Below, piece by piece: positions 1 to 10,254 of a DNA stretch of 64,000 bases. This DNA is from Chloroflexota bacterium. Lineage in GTDB: Bacteria; Chloroflexota; Anaerolineae; Anaerolineales; UBA11579. Both the position numbers and the translations under genes were made by a program. The stretch's first letter is position 1; every line of letters begins with the position of its first letter. The stretch lies in assembly GCA_019456165.1 (NCBI GenBank), contig VRUJ01000012.1, positions 115-64,114 of the forward strand, written 5' to 3'. The notes below the pieces were generated by a model that saw only the letters and a list, made by a program, of their open reading frames with translations, searched no databases and was not told the origin of the DNA.

Positions 1-113
1 GTGGGTTGGAGAGCCTCAGTTGGGGGAGCAGGCGTGGGTGTGTCCGCTGAGGCGCACGCAACCAGAGTCAACCCGGTGACCAGTATAGTAAGAATAAGCG
101 ATCTGTATTTCAT
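1..113 (-). CDS. lipoprotein, N-terminal part only (gene runs off the left edge)
   Basis: The reverse strand reads ATG at 113-111 and then MKYRSLILTILVTGLTLVACASADTPTPAPP. This is a signal peptide with an LVAC lipobox. An AAGGAG RBS lies just upstream (reverse complement of 116-127). Confidence 0.5.
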   Translation of the reverse strand, partial: MKYRSLILTILVTGLTLVACASADTPTPAPPTEALQP

Positions 114-684
114 TTTTTCTCCTTATTTCCTTATCTAGTTGAATATGTACAGGATTTATCAAAGTAGGTTTATCACCCGAATAGTTTTATTAGATATATC
201 GTACCTTTTTAGTGGTGTTTGAATTGTCTCCAATTTCTTTCCCCCTGCTTTACAAGATTGAAACTTAATGAATACTTCGCGACAATTCTTGAAAATTACC
301 AGTTCCTTTTAGACCAAATAGTTGGTTATTTTATTAAGGATTATTTGTAGACGTCAAGTTGGGGAAGTTTCTTACTTATTTTGATAGATTTTAATTATAT
401 TACCTGAAAGAGACCGTCGGACTAAAACAAGGCCAGTACCCACAGATGCGGTATCTGTAGTTATTTTGAAAAATTGTTACTTTTTCCCACTTCCTAAAGG
501 TCATCTTTAGCGCTTCCAATCATTCTGCCGAATAAAACATATTCCAACCAAAACGAAAAATGGTGCACGATGCTTGATTGCCTAATTCGGGTTTCAAGCT
601 GCTTTTGTTGTCACCCAGGAAGACCAAACTGACAGAGAAAATCTCTATTATGACCTAGAATTTACTTAGTGCCTGGGTCTGATA

Positions 685-933
685 TTAATTCTGAATTAAA
701 AAAGATTCTTGGTAGCTATCATGAATCACCTCCATAAAGATATCCAGTATATGTGGGTCGAAGTGCTTTCCCGACTGTTCTTGAAAAAAGGAGAGGATCA
801 TCTCCTCTGACCATGCATCTGGATAAGCCCGATCAGAACTTAACGCATCCCAGACGTCAACAATGGAAAATATGCGAGCGGCAAGTGGGATTTTGTCACC
901 TTTTAAACCATGAGGATGCCTGTCCCATCCCAC
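685..933 (-). pseudogene. HD-GYP domain protein, C-terminal remnant (5'-truncated)
   Basis: ORF 685..1041 matches the HD-GYP C-terminus only from about GWDRHPHGLKGDKIPLAARIFSIVDVWDALSSDRAYPDAWS...SGKHFDP onward. The HD metal-binding N-terminal part is absent, and the residues upstream of this point look like non-homologous read-through. Confidence 0.6.
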
Positions 934-941
934 TTTTCGTG

Positions 942-1049
942 AGAGAGCCGAAAACTGAGCCTTACGGCACGGTGGCGGTTTTTGAGGATTTGTATGGCAA
1001 TCAGTGGGACTTGTTAGAGCTGAATAACCCACCCTCCACACCCGAATAG
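942..1049 (+). pseudogene. VOC/glyoxalase-family protein, C-terminal remnant (5'-truncated)
   Basis: The tail of ORF 753..1049 reads EPKTEPYGTVAVFEDLYGNQWDLLE, a typical glyoxalase/bleomycin-resistance-fold C-terminus. The preceding ~60 codons have no family resemblance. Confidence 0.45.
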
Positions 1050-1077
1050 TTGATAACTAGCGCATACAATCAAACTT

Positions 1078-1154
1078 CCTTGTAATTATCCAGCTAACGC
1101 GCAATAATCTGGCTCACAATTCGGGGCGTGGCGCAGCCCGGTTAGCGCGCTTGC
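1078..1154 (+). repeat. partial duplicate of the tRNA-Pro locus: promoter plus tRNA positions 1-31 (up to the 5' strand of the anticodon stem)
   Basis: Hand alignment gives 74/77 identity to 12577..12653. The sequence is ccttgtaattatc..ctaacgcgc.ataatctggctcacaattCGGGGCGTGGCGCAGCCCGGTTAGCGCGCTTGC. Similarity stops exactly where the anticodon loop would begin. Confidence 0.9.
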
Positions 1155-1634
1155 CGCCATCCAATCTATCTCGATTGCGTTCCAACCATCGGTGAGATTA
1201 TACCAAGAGGAAACGTCCCAGCTGGAGTCATCTTTGGTTACAAGAAAGCGTGTCTGGTATGTGCCTGCATTATCGCGTATTTGCAAACCCAGTTGTATTT
1301 GCGAGGCGTTGTAAGCGCCTATAATTGTAAAGTTATCCCCTGAGGCCATATCCAAGCTGTTAGGGTTAAAGTAGAAACGGGCGCGGTAGCGCGTTTCGTT
1401 TGCCGGAGTACTGTCCTTGGCGTAAATGCTGTTGGTGTCATCGATCAGCGCTTCCATGCCATAGAAGCCGTAATAATCAGAATAACCGCTGGCAGCTAGG
1501 TTCCCGCTATCAGTGGACGAATATGACCAGGCAGAAAGGTCGCCGGATTCGAAATCATCCGCAAAGATACCATCCACGATATTGTCATCCACGTCCATAT
1601 GGTAGCCGGGGGTGAAGCTGGTGTAAGCGCGCAC
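1155..1634 (-). pseudogene. LamG/concanavalin-like domain protein fragment; the 3' end is replaced by the tRNA-Pro fragment
   Basis: ORF 1086..1634 contains DDFESGDLSAWS....RYRARFYFNPNSL....WNAIEIDW, a jelly-roll lectin-like pattern. Its last 22 codons (SALTGLRHAPNCEPDYCALAG) are the antisense translation of the tRNA-Pro repeat, so the native C-terminus is missing. Confidence 0.5.
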
Positions 1635-1788
1635 TATAAAGTTTTGCGGTGCCTTTGCTGGCTTAAACTGATTGATTAAAAACCGAGCTTACCGAATCGT
1701 TTATAACGATTTGTTAGCATGTATTTTGCCTCAAGATAAATCCAACTCGACTAGCTATTTTTGCCCCTTCCCGTCACAATGTTTTATT

Positions 1789-3498
1789 TCAGGCTGTTTG
1801 AGTAGCCGCCTCTGTCTCTAATCCAAGTTCCTCGATACTTTGCTCACGCATGACAAATTTCTGAATCTTGCCCGTCACGGTCATAGGGAAGGAGTCTACA
1901 AATTTGAAATAACGCGGTATCTTGAAGTGAGCGATTTTATCGCGGCAGAACTCGCGCATTTCCTCACCACTGGAACCCTCACCTTCTTTTAGCTTAACCC
2001 AGGCCATAAGCTCTTCACCATACCTCTGGTCCGGAACACCAATAACCTGGACATCGCTAATTTTGGGATGGCTGTAGAGGAACTCTTCAATTTCACGAGG
2101 ATAGACATTTTCCCCACCCCTAATAACCATATCTTTGATGCGCCCAACTATATTTACATAACCATCTTCATCCATTACAGCCAAGTCGCCTGTACGCATC
2201 CAACCGGCTGCATCTATCGAATCACGGGTCTTTTCGTCATCGTTCCAATAACCCAACATGACAGAGTATCCTCGTGTACATAACTCGCCCTTTTCCTCGA
2301 TTGGCACGACTTGACCTGTTTCAGGATCGATAATCTTTACCTCTGTGTGCGGGTGAATCTGACCAACGGTACTAACCCGCTTGTCCAGAGGGGCATCTGC
2401 ATGGGTCTGGAAACTCACTGGGCTGGTTTCGGTCATCCCATATGCAATCTCTACTTCATTCATATGCATGGCCGTATTAACCTGTTTCATAACCTCAACC
2501 GGGCAAGGAGCACCGGCCATAAGTCCCGTTCGCAAGCTGGTGAGATCATATTTATTGAATTCAGGATGCTCCAATTCAGCGATAAACATCGTCGGGACAC
2601 CATGCAAAGCTGTCGCTTTCTCTTCTTCTATCATCGCCAAAACAGAATCTGGCTCAAAGCCAGGGCCAGGGATAAGCATTGCTGCTCCGTGGGTAATACA
2701 AGCCAAGTTTCCCAACACCATGCCAAAGCAGTGGTAAAGGGGAACCGGGATAATTAATCGGTCTCTAGGGCTAAAATTCATGATTTCCCCAACAAAATAA
2801 CCGTTATTGAGGATGTTATGATGACTCAGAGTGGCACCCTTGGGAAATCCAGTGGTCCCGCTTGTATACTGGATGCTGATCGGATCATCGAACTCGAGTT
2901 GGCTTTGACGATCGGCCAGTTCTCCCTGGCTGATCTGATCTGCCATGTCCATCAGATCATTCCAATTCCACATACCTGCTTTCGCATCATCGTCAAGGCA
3001 AATCACTTTCTTCAGATCGGGTAATTTTTCTGCCCTGAGTTGGCCGGGTTTGGTGTCAATTAACTCTGGAGCCAGATCATACATCATTTGGGTATAGTTG
3101 GATCTTTTGAATTCTGGGGCAATGACTAAGGCGCTACATCCGGACTGTCTTAAAGTATATTCCAACTCATGAAGGCGGTAAGCCGGATTGATATTGACCA
3201 AGATAGCCCCCATCTTACAGGTAGCAAACTGAATAATGACCCACTCGGCATTGTTGGGAGACCAGATACCAATTCGATCGCCCTTTTCCATACCGATCGC
3301 CATTAGCCCTCGAGCGCATTGGTTCACTTGTGCCTGCAATTCTTGGTATGTGTAGCGCAGATTCTGGTGACGCACAACAAGCGCCTCATTATCAGGGTAC
3401 TGCTCGACAATTTGATCGAACATTTCGCCAATCGTGAGGCCAAGTAAAGGTTTGTCACTGGTACCGCTGGTATAACTCTGGACATGCTGGCTCATCAT
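1789..3498 (-). CDS. AMP-dependent acyl-CoA synthetase (fatty-acid-CoA ligase family)
   Basis: The 569-aa ORF carries the AMP-binding motifs [25 protein letters not shown] and [16 protein letters not shown], plus a C-terminal TVTGKIQK. Confidence 0.9.
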   Translation of the reverse strand: MMSQHVQSYTSGTSDKPLLGLTIGEMFDQIVEQYPDNEALVVRHQNLRYTYQELQAQVNQCARGLMAIGMEKGDRIGIWSPNNAEWVIIQFATCKMGAILVNINPAYRLHELEYTLRQSGCSALVIAPEFKRSNYTQMMYDLAPELIDTKPGQLRAEKLPDLKKVICLDDDAKAGMWNWNDLMDMADQISQGELADRQSQLEFDDPISIQYTSGTTGFPKGATLSHHNILNNGYFVGEIMNFSPRDRLIIPVPLYHCFGMVLGNLACITHGAAMLIPGPGFEPDSVLAMIEEEKATALHGVPTMFIAELEHPEFNKYDLTSLRTGLMAGAPCPVEVMKQVNTAMHMNEVEIAYGMTETSPVSFQTHADAPLDKRVSTVGQIHPHTEVKIIDPETGQVVPIEEKGELCTRGYSVMLGYWNDDEKTRDSIDAAGWMRTGDLAVMDEDGYVNIVGRIKDMVIRGGENVYPREIEEFLYSHPKISDVQVIGVPDQRYGEELMAWVKLKEGEGSSGEEMREFCRDKIAHFKIPRYFKFVDSFPMTVTGKIQKFVMREQSIEELGLETEAATQTA

Positions 3499-3555
3499 TA
3501 TTTCTCCTTAATTAAACTTTATGACTTTCCAGACCACATGTTTCAGGCTGGTGGA

Positions 3556-4014
3556 TCACAAGCTTTCCATCTCAGTATATACAGCCTCTAAAAATGTCTT
3601 GTGAAGTGCATCGACGCGAACATCTCGTTTCACAGGCACATCCCCATTAACCATTCCTGCCCCGTACATATTACCCCTAACTTCATCTACAACCATCTCG
3701 AAGAGCATTGTTGGCCATTTCGTTGCTTCCATCTTTTCTTTGATAACCGAAGCAGTCCCTTTAATCGCATAGACTTGGTCTTTTCCCAAGATCTGCAGCG
3801 TCACTTGTCTATCACGCCGGATATTAATAGCAGCGGGAACCGCCGCACCGACAACGAACCGAATAGTCTTCTCATTGACTGCTAGAACCCAGGATATCAA
3901 ATCAATGTCGGGCTGACCTTTTGCATCGACGGTAGCCACAGCCACAGTGTGCCCGCGGGCTGCTAAATATTCAACCGTCGCAGTTGGAAGTTTAGGTTGA
4001 GCGTTTTTAGACAT
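3556..4014 (-). CDS. pyridoxamine 5'-phosphate oxidase-like FMN-binding split-barrel protein
   Basis: The pattern is VEYLAARGHTVAVATVDAKGQPDIDLISWV....IRFVVGAAVPAAINIRRDRQVTLQILG. I chose the start at the ATG preceded by GGAGGG; the track ORF extends to 4125. Confidence 0.6.
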   Translation of the reverse strand: MSKNAQPKLPTATVEYLAARGHTVAVATVDAKGQPDIDLISWVLAVNEKTIRFVVGAAVPAAINIRRDRQVTLQILGKDQVYAIKGTASVIKEKMEATKWPTMLFEMVVDEVRGNMYGAGMVNGDVPVKRDVRVDALHKTFLEAVYTEMESL

Positions 4015-4215
4015 GCTTCCCTCCATAGGAGGCTCGAAAGTTCCCTGGTTGACCGCTATCCTTAGGTACTCAGCAATAGTTAGGCCGCTTAGGGCAACGT
4101 AGAACGGAGGTTGGTCCTTACACATCCCAACCCCCGTTCTACTATTATGAGGTATCTCAATTCCCCGTTATGGCAAGGAAGAACAGAGTCATTGCCAGTC
4201 TAAAGGTTCTTGTCT

Positions 4216-5340
4216 CTATTCTGCTTCCTCTTCTGCAGGCCAAACTTCCGTATCACCTATGAAATCGTTGGTATATGCTTCGGTAACATCTAAAGTTTCT
4301 GTGAGCCAGCCAGTATCAAACAGGAATTGGGCTAATTCCTCCCAAATTTCCGGATCTGAAAACCCTAGTCGTCCACCATCGCAGCATTGGATTCCTGAAA
4401 TAAGCTGATCTAGGCGGGTCACTTCGCCGGCTGCGTTGGTTTCGGGTATATAACCCAGCGCAATTTGAAATGCTTCCCAAGGGTTTTCAATCGTATAAGC
4501 TAATCCCTTGGTAAAGGCGTTGGCGAACCCTTGAACAACTTCTGGGTTGTCTTGCATGAACTGTTCATTAACCGCAAAACCTGAACCTATTAATGGTTGG
4601 TAATCTGCAGTTTCGATAATGTTTATTTCTAACCCAGATGCGGCGAGAACCTTTGGCTCATTGTAGATCACGCCCACTGCTGCATCCACAGTACCCTCGG
4701 ACACGGCGGCTATTTGAGTGTAGCCAATCGATTGTACGCTCATGTCCCCCTCGCTAAGTCCCTCAGCCCATAGTACAGCTTGGAGGCCAAGGTAATTCCC
4801 ACCCGCTAAAAATGGAACTCCGATTGTCTTACCGACCAGGTCGGCAGGTTCAGTAATTCCACTCTCAGCTAGTGAGAATATGGCATAATTGTCTCGGCTG
4901 TGCCATTGATAGAAATATACCACTGGCATACCTTGAGCACGGGCCAGGAGCACCTCTCCTCCGGACCCACTCAATATTGGACGCTCACCAGAGGCCAACA
5001 ACACCATAATGTCATCTGCGCCACCGTACTCCCAATCCAACTCTATGCCCTCCTCGGCGAAATAACCCAAGGCGTCAGCCACGTACAATGGAGCATAAAG
5101 GACTGTCGCCCGATAACCAAGTGAGATAGGTATTGTGGTAAGTTCAGCTGGTGTTTCTGGCGCCTGTGTAACCATGACCTCCACAGTTGTTATTACCTCA
5201 AAAGGAACCTCAACTGTTTCAACAACTGTTTGAATCACAACTTCTGGCGATGCGGCATCTTCGGACCCGCAAGCAGTCAAAGCCAGTAAAGTGAGAACCA
5301 CGAGGGCGATTACTTTCATTTGTTTTGCAATTTTCATCAC
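4216..5340 (-). CDS. ABC transporter substrate-binding lipoprotein, NMT1/THI5 (SsuA/TauA-like, NitT/TauT family)
   Basis: It has a signal peptide with an LTACGS lipobox and an NMT1-like core (GYRATVLYAPLYVA..GYFAEEGIEL..., GKTIGVP). Confidence 0.8.
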   Translation of the reverse strand: MMKIAKQMKVIALVVLTLLALTACGSEDAASPEVVIQTVVETVEVPFEVITTVEVMVTQAPETPAELTTIPISLGYRATVLYAPLYVADALGYFAEEGIELDWEYGGADDIMVLLASGERPILSGSGGEVLLARAQGMPVVYFYQWHSRDNYAIFSLAESGITEPADLVGKTIGVPFLAGGNYLGLQAVLWAEGLSEGDMSVQSIGYTQIAAVSEGTVDAAVGVIYNEPKVLAASGLEINIIETADYQPLIGSGFAVNEQFMQDNPEVVQGFANAFTKGLAYTIENPWEAFQIALGYIPETNAAGEVTRLDQLISGIQCCDGGRLGFSDPEIWEELAQFLFDTGWLTETLDVTEAYTNDFIGDTEVWPAEEEAE

Positions 5341-5575
5341 TATTCTCCTTCTTATGAGTAAGCCCCTACCTTATTTAGTAGGGAAAAGTGTCTCTCTCAC
5401 CAATCATGCATTAGCAATGAGAGGTAGAGCGACCAAAAAAATCTTGAAACTTATCACTGTGTTTTCTCACCACCTCCTTGCGTGTTCTTCCTTCGTGGGT
5501 ACTGAGTGGTATAAATATTTACCGGATAATCAGAATGTTTCACTATTTGCTGAAGATGATAGTTTAATAATCAAT

Positions 5576-7240
5576 TCAATTTTTCTCTTGTTCACGCGCA
5601 ATCTCTAACTCACGATCTCGCAGCAAACGGCGCTTGATTTTACCGCTTTGTGTTTTCGGTAGGCTGTCGACGAACTCCACTTTTCTGGGGTATTTGTAGG
5701 GTGCAGCGTTCTGTTTGCAATGATCTTGAATCTGCTCTGCCAAAGTCTCCGAAACCTCTACCCCATCCCGCACCACGATGAAAGCTTTTACCACATGCCC
5801 ACGCAGTTCATCCGGGCTCTGCACCGCGGCTGCTTCGAGGATCGATGGATGGGTAAGTAAAACACTTTCAACCTCAAAAGGAGAGATGCGATATCCAGAA
5901 CATTTCATCAAATCATCCTCTCTGCCTTTAAACCAAAAGTAACTGTCTTCATCTTGTACGTAGACATCTCCGCTGTAGTACCAATCACCGCGTAAAATCT
6001 CAGCTGTCTTCTCAGCTTTGTTCCAATAGCCCTTCATAATTCCAGCGTGTGTATCCCTCCGTACACAGAGGACACCGGGAGTTCCTGTTTCAACCTCATC
6101 TAAATTTTCATCCAGAACTTTGATTACAGTACCTGGTGCTGGACGCCCAGTCGATCCCGGCATAACCGGTTGCCCGATCATATTGAAGCAGTACACCATA
6201 GACTCGCTCATCCCAATTCCATCCAGCACTTCGACCCCAAACCGGTCTTTAACTGACTGAAATGTGTCAGCTGGTAGTGATTCGCCTGCTGAGACTGCGC
6301 GTTTCCACTTCGAGAGATTAAACCGCTCCTCGGCATCCTCCACCGTCAGCATCATCCGGTGAATCGTGGGAGTTCCCACAAAGCATGTAATCCTATAATC
6401 TTGAATCAAACGAAACCAAGTTTCAGGATTGTATGCGCCTTCTACCTGATGGTAGAGGACAACGCTGACCCCATGGCAGAAAGCGTATAGGAATGTAGAA
6501 GCAAGGGGGAATTTCCATGCAATCTCGGGGGGACAAGCAGCAACGTCCCCGGGTTGATAACGATACCAGTATTGAATTAGTGAGTTAAATGCGAGAGGAT
6601 AGCGATGCATATGCACGCATCCCTTAGGATCGCCAGTTGTACCGGAGGTGTAGCAAATGAAAGCGTCATCGTCATTATTTGTTAAAGCTATTTCTAGATT
6701 GTCCTCCGCTTGATCTAGCAATTTCTTGAAATTCAATTGAGTTCCCGAAACCTCATCCCCAAGATAGGGGACTACGATAATATGCTTTAGACTTGGGCAA
6801 TCCTTTTTGATATTCTCTACTTGTTCAACGAGTTGAGGTGTGGTCAAGACCGCGACTGCCCCGCTGTCGTTCACACGGTATGCAATCTCTTTCTCACGAA
6901 ATAATGAGCTCGTGGGAATATAAACAGCGCCAATTTTGTTCGCTCCAAGAGCAGCGATGTAGAATTCTGGTAAATTAGGCAAACGCAGCAAGATCCGATC
7001 ACCACGCTCTATCCCTAATCCAAGTATGGCGTTGCCAAAGCGGTTAGTGAGGACGCGAAAATCTTCATAGGTGAAAGACCGTTTATCACCCAAGGAATTT
7101 TCCCAAAACAAGGCGGTGGTATCACCGTGCCCATCTTCGACCTGATCGTCGGTCAAGTATTTCCCGACGTTAAATTGGTCAGGAATTCCTTCCCACGGAT
7201 CAAAGCTCGACCATATCTCCTCAAAAGTATTGTTTACCAA
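5576..7240 (-). CDS. AMP-dependent acyl-CoA synthetase (aryl/medium-chain acid-CoA ligase-like)
   Basis: The 554-aa ORF carries YTSGTTGDPKG, WYYSGD, GREDDLMKCSGYRISP and a C-terminal TQSGKIKR. It uses a TTG start with a GGAGGTG RBS. Confidence 0.9.
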   Translation of the reverse strand: MVNNTFEEIWSSFDPWEGIPDQFNVGKYLTDDQVEDGHGDTTALFWENSLGDKRSFTYEDFRVLTNRFGNAILGLGIERGDRILLRLPNLPEFYIAALGANKIGAVYIPTSSLFREKEIAYRVNDSGAVAVLTTPQLVEQVENIKKDCPSLKHIIVVPYLGDEVSGTQLNFKKLLDQAEDNLEIALTNNDDDAFICYTSGTTGDPKGCVHMHRYPLAFNSLIQYWYRYQPGDVAACPPEIAWKFPLASTFLYAFCHGVSVVLYHQVEGAYNPETWFRLIQDYRITCFVGTPTIHRMMLTVEDAEERFNLSKWKRAVSAGESLPADTFQSVKDRFGVEVLDGIGMSESMVYCFNMIGQPVMPGSTGRPAPGTVIKVLDENLDEVETGTPGVLCVRRDTHAGIMKGYWNKAEKTAEILRGDWYYSGDVYVQDEDSYFWFKGREDDLMKCSGYRISPFEVESVLLTHPSILEAAAVQSPDELRGHVVKAFIVVRDGVEVSETLAEQIQDHCKQNAAPYKYPRKVEFVDSLPKTQSGKIKRRLLRDRELEIAREQEKN

Positions 7241-7298
7241 GTTACACCTCCTTCATTTCAACAAAACATCCTTTAGATAGCATGTCTTGCTTGATGGA

Positions 7299-8309
7299 CT
7301 AAGCGTTCAATCCAGGTGCGATTTCGTCTCGGAATAAACTCATGTTATCGCGCCAATTTTCAGTGAACTGGAGCATTACCTCAGTTACACCATATTTTGG
7401 TAATTCTCTGATTTTCTCAGTGCATACCTCGGGGGTACCGTAAATAGCCCAAGCTTGCATGATATCATCAGTAAGAAGTGACATTGCCTCCTCATGGTCG
7501 CCAGACTCCCATGCTTCTCGGAGCTTGGCTACTTCAGCTTGGTCAAGCCCCATGGCTTCAATCGATTCTGGGGGTACGCGCCGTACAACTTCTGTCAATC
7601 GGCTGACGAGTAGTTCCGATGCCGTGTTGGGATCATGACTTACCGAGAACGGAATCCAAGGAATGATTTGGAAATCTTTTGGATCCATGCCACGCTTCTC
7701 AACGACTGGGTAACAAATATCACGCACGTGAGTGAGATAGCGCTCACCTCCCCCCCAAATTAGAACACCATCCGCAATTTCCGCGGCGAGTTTAAATTGT
7801 TCCACATCAGTCCCGATTAGCATCATTGGGATCTTGGATTGAACCGGACGAATGCCGAGTTGTGCGCCGCGTACTTTTATGGCTTCGCCTTCTATATTTA
7901 CAGTTTCGCCGTTTAACAGTCCCTTAATTGCAGCATAACCTTCACGCATTGCTGCTATCTTGTTCGTCTGCTCAATTCCCATCCGCTCTATCAAACTCTC
8001 GTGGCCACCACCCATTCCAAAGATCATACGGCCATTTGATATCTCATCAACTGTTGCTGTAGCATGAGCGGTAATGACCACATTGCGCCTGTACGGGTCG
8101 GTGCCATCTAAACCAATGCGTATTCGTTTGGTGTTAGTCGCGACCAAGACAGCTGTTGTCCACATTTCTCCCCAACTGGTGTATTTATCTGTCAGCCAGA
8201 TCGAATCCAGCCCAGACGCTTCCGCGGTTTGGCTGAATTCAGCAATCATCTGTAGCTTTGACCCCCATGGAAAGTGTCCTCCTACCTTCACAACTCTATC
8301 TTGACTCAT
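7299..8309 (-). CDS. LLM-class (luciferase-like) flavin/F420-dependent oxidoreductase, paralog 1
   Basis: The fold pattern is luciferase-like (SGLDSIWLTDK....NTKRIRIG....DPYRRNVVITAH..ATVDEISNGRMIFGMG). The start is placed at the ATG after GGAGGA. Confidence 0.8.
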   Translation of the reverse strand: MSQDRVVKVGGHFPWGSKLQMIAEFSQTAEASGLDSIWLTDKYTSWGEMWTTAVLVATNTKRIRIGLDGTDPYRRNVVITAHATATVDEISNGRMIFGMGGGHESLIERMGIEQTNKIAAMREGYAAIKGLLNGETVNIEGEAIKVRGAQLGIRPVQSKIPMMLIGTDVEQFKLAAEIADGVLIWGGGERYLTHVRDICYPVVEKRGMDPKDFQIIPWIPFSVSHDPNTASELLVSRLTEVVRRVPPESIEAMGLDQAEVAKLREAWESGDHEEAMSLLTDDIMQAWAIYGTPEVCTEKIRELPKYGVTEVMLQFTENWRDNMSLFRDEIAPGLNA

Positions 8310-8384
8310 ATTGATCCTCCAGTAGTTTGTTGGTAAAAACAATTACACATTTTTAATAAACACAGCTCGTAATATTGTGGCGTG

Positions 8385-9401
8385 CTATGGTTCCAATCCA
8401 GGCAAGATGTAATCCTTAAGTACTTCCATATCGCTCTGCCAATTCGAGGTAAATTGCAGCATTACTTCGGTCACACCTAGGTCATAAAGATTTAGTATCC
8501 GGGTCGTACAATGCTCCGGTGTGCCGTATATCGCCCAGGGTTCAAGAATCTCGTCGGATAATAAGCTCTGGGCTTTGTCTATATCGCCTTGTTCCCATGC
8601 GTTGCGCAAGGGTTGAACCGCTGCTGAATCAATGCCCATTAACTCCAGTACGGAATCAGGCACGCGCCGGAGCACCTCGGTCATCCTTGGCGTTAGACGC
8701 TCTTTGGCTTTGGACGAATCTTCGTCAACCGAAAAAGGCACCCAGGGCAAGAGAGCGAAATCTCTGAATGATTCGAAGCGGTTCTCAACACCCGCGCGGA
8801 TTGTCTCGTGAACATTGTTCAAATAAGTCTCACTTCCTCCCCAGATCTCAAGACCATCGCTGATCTCAGATGCTAAACGCATGTCTTCGAGGGTTTCGCC
8901 TGTTTGGTATATTGGCATCCGATCTTGGGCGGGTTTGATGCTTAACATTGCGCCTTTTACCCGGATTACTTCGCCTTCCAGAGTGACCCGCTCTCCGGCT
9001 AGTAGTTTCCGGAATACCTCTATAGCTTCACGGACTGCCACCAGTGGCTTTTTCTGATCCATCCCCATCTCTTTGAGGAGACTGATCGTTCCCCGTCCTA
9101 TCCCGAAAATCACCCGGCCGCCAGAAATCTCATCGAGCGTCGCAGCAGCATGAGCTGTAACAACCACATTACGCCGATAGGGGTCTGTGGCATCCAAACC
9201 TATTTTGATACGTTTCGTATTGCTGGCAACGACAACCGAAGTGGTCCACAATTCACCCCAATTTGTGTGTTTATCCACCAACCAAATGCTGTCTAACCCG
9301 CTGGCTTCTGTACCCTGGCTGAATGCTCCCACTTCACCCAATCCCATTCCCCACGGAAAATGGGCACCTACCCTTATTGCCCGTTTCGTTTGGGTCACCA
9401 C
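8385..9401 (-). CDS. LLM-class (luciferase-like) flavin/F420-dependent oxidoreductase, paralog 2
   Basis: It is collinear with 7299..8309 along its whole length and about half the residues are identical by eye. It uses a GTG start after AAGGAGG. Confidence 0.8.
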   Translation of the reverse strand: MVTQTKRAIRVGAHFPWGMGLGEVGAFSQGTEASGLDSIWLVDKHTNWGELWTTSVVVASNTKRIKIGLDATDPYRRNVVVTAHAAATLDEISGGRVIFGIGRGTISLLKEMGMDQKKPLVAVREAIEVFRKLLAGERVTLEGEVIRVKGAMLSIKPAQDRMPIYQTGETLEDMRLASEISDGLEIWGGSETYLNNVHETIRAGVENRFESFRDFALLPWVPFSVDEDSSKAKERLTPRMTEVLRRVPDSVLELMGIDSAAVQPLRNAWEQGDIDKAQSLLSDEILEPWAIYGTPEHCTTRILNLYDLGVTEVMLQFTSNWQSDMEVLKDYILPGLEP

Positions 9402-9462
9402 AACCTCCTTGAATTACTTTTTCAATTACCTTATCTATACACTTATCAATATTCGAAAACAA

Positions 9463-10254
9463 TCATTCGCGGACGTGTCGCCGCCAAGATGGCAGCAGTA
9501 AAATTTCAAGGGTTAAAGCAAACAGGTAGCCTAGGATGGTTAATGCTACTAGGGCTACTGTTGCGGCAAGGACCATGGATGTATCAAAGAATTCGATTCC
9601 CCCGATGATGAGCAGGTAACCTAGACCTTCCGTCCCGCCGATGTATTCGCCTACCATTGCTCCCATCATGGCGCGGACAATTGAGGTTTTGATTCCCGCC
9701 AGCACCACCGGCAAAGATGCAGGCAGTTCAAGCTGTCGAAAGACCATCCACCTCGAAGCTGAGTAGGAGCGCATCAACTCGATATCAGCTGGTTGAACTG
9801 TCCGGACCGCAACGATGGCACTGACCAACATGGGGAAAAAAACTACAATAAAGCAAATAATAACTGTAGATTTAAACCCAAACCCAAACCAGATGATCAA
9901 AAGTGGTGCAATTCCGATAATCGGCACTGCCTGTATAGCGACCAAATACGGTGAAAACAGTTGCTCAAGCATCTCTGACTTGCCAAGTATATAACCCACC
10001 ACGTTGGCAAAGACAAAACCGAAAGCGAAACCTAATCCTGCTTCTTTCACCGTGATAATTGTGTGATCCCAAAGGATTCCTTCTCGACCCAAGCTCACCA
10101 ATTGATTCCAAACTGCACCTGGCCTTGGTAGAACGAAGCTGGAGATATCTCGAAGTATGACTATTGAATCCCACAGTAGCACAAAGCTCGCGAAGACCAA
10201 TGGTATTAAGAGATATTTCATCCATTTTCTTTGTGCTGTTCCTAGCTCACTCAT
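9463..10254 (-). CDS. ABC transporter permease (NitT/TauT family)
   Basis: It is a multi-TM protein with the binding-protein-dependent transport signature region (ELMRSYSASRWMVFRQLELPASLPVVLAGIK). Confidence 0.85.
   Translation of the reverse strand: MSELGTAQRKWMKYLLIPLVFASFVLLWDSIVILRDISSFVLPRPGAVWNQLVSLGREGILWDHTIITVKEAGLGFAFGFVFANVVGYILGKSEMLEQLFSPYLVAIQAVPIIGIAPLLIIWFGFGFKSTVIICFIVVFFPMLVSAIVAVRTVQPADIELMRSYSASRWMVFRQLELPASLPVVLAGIKTSIVRAMMGAMVGEYIGGTEGLGYLLIIGGIEFFDTSMVLAATVALVALTILGYLFALTLEILLLPSWRRHVRE

Noticed and set aside
120-684. A long AT-rich non-coding stretch at the left end was checked for an RNA gene, repeats or a small ORF.
   Set aside because: I could see only weak short hairpins (for example ACAGAT-gcggt-ATCTGT). 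There is no promoter-plus-terminator pair and no conserved RNA core. I left it unannotated.
2068-3024. Several 68-148-aa plus-strand ORFs lie inside the acyl-CoA synthetase gene 1789..3498.
   Set aside because: They are antisense shadows of a gene with complete AMP-binding motifs.
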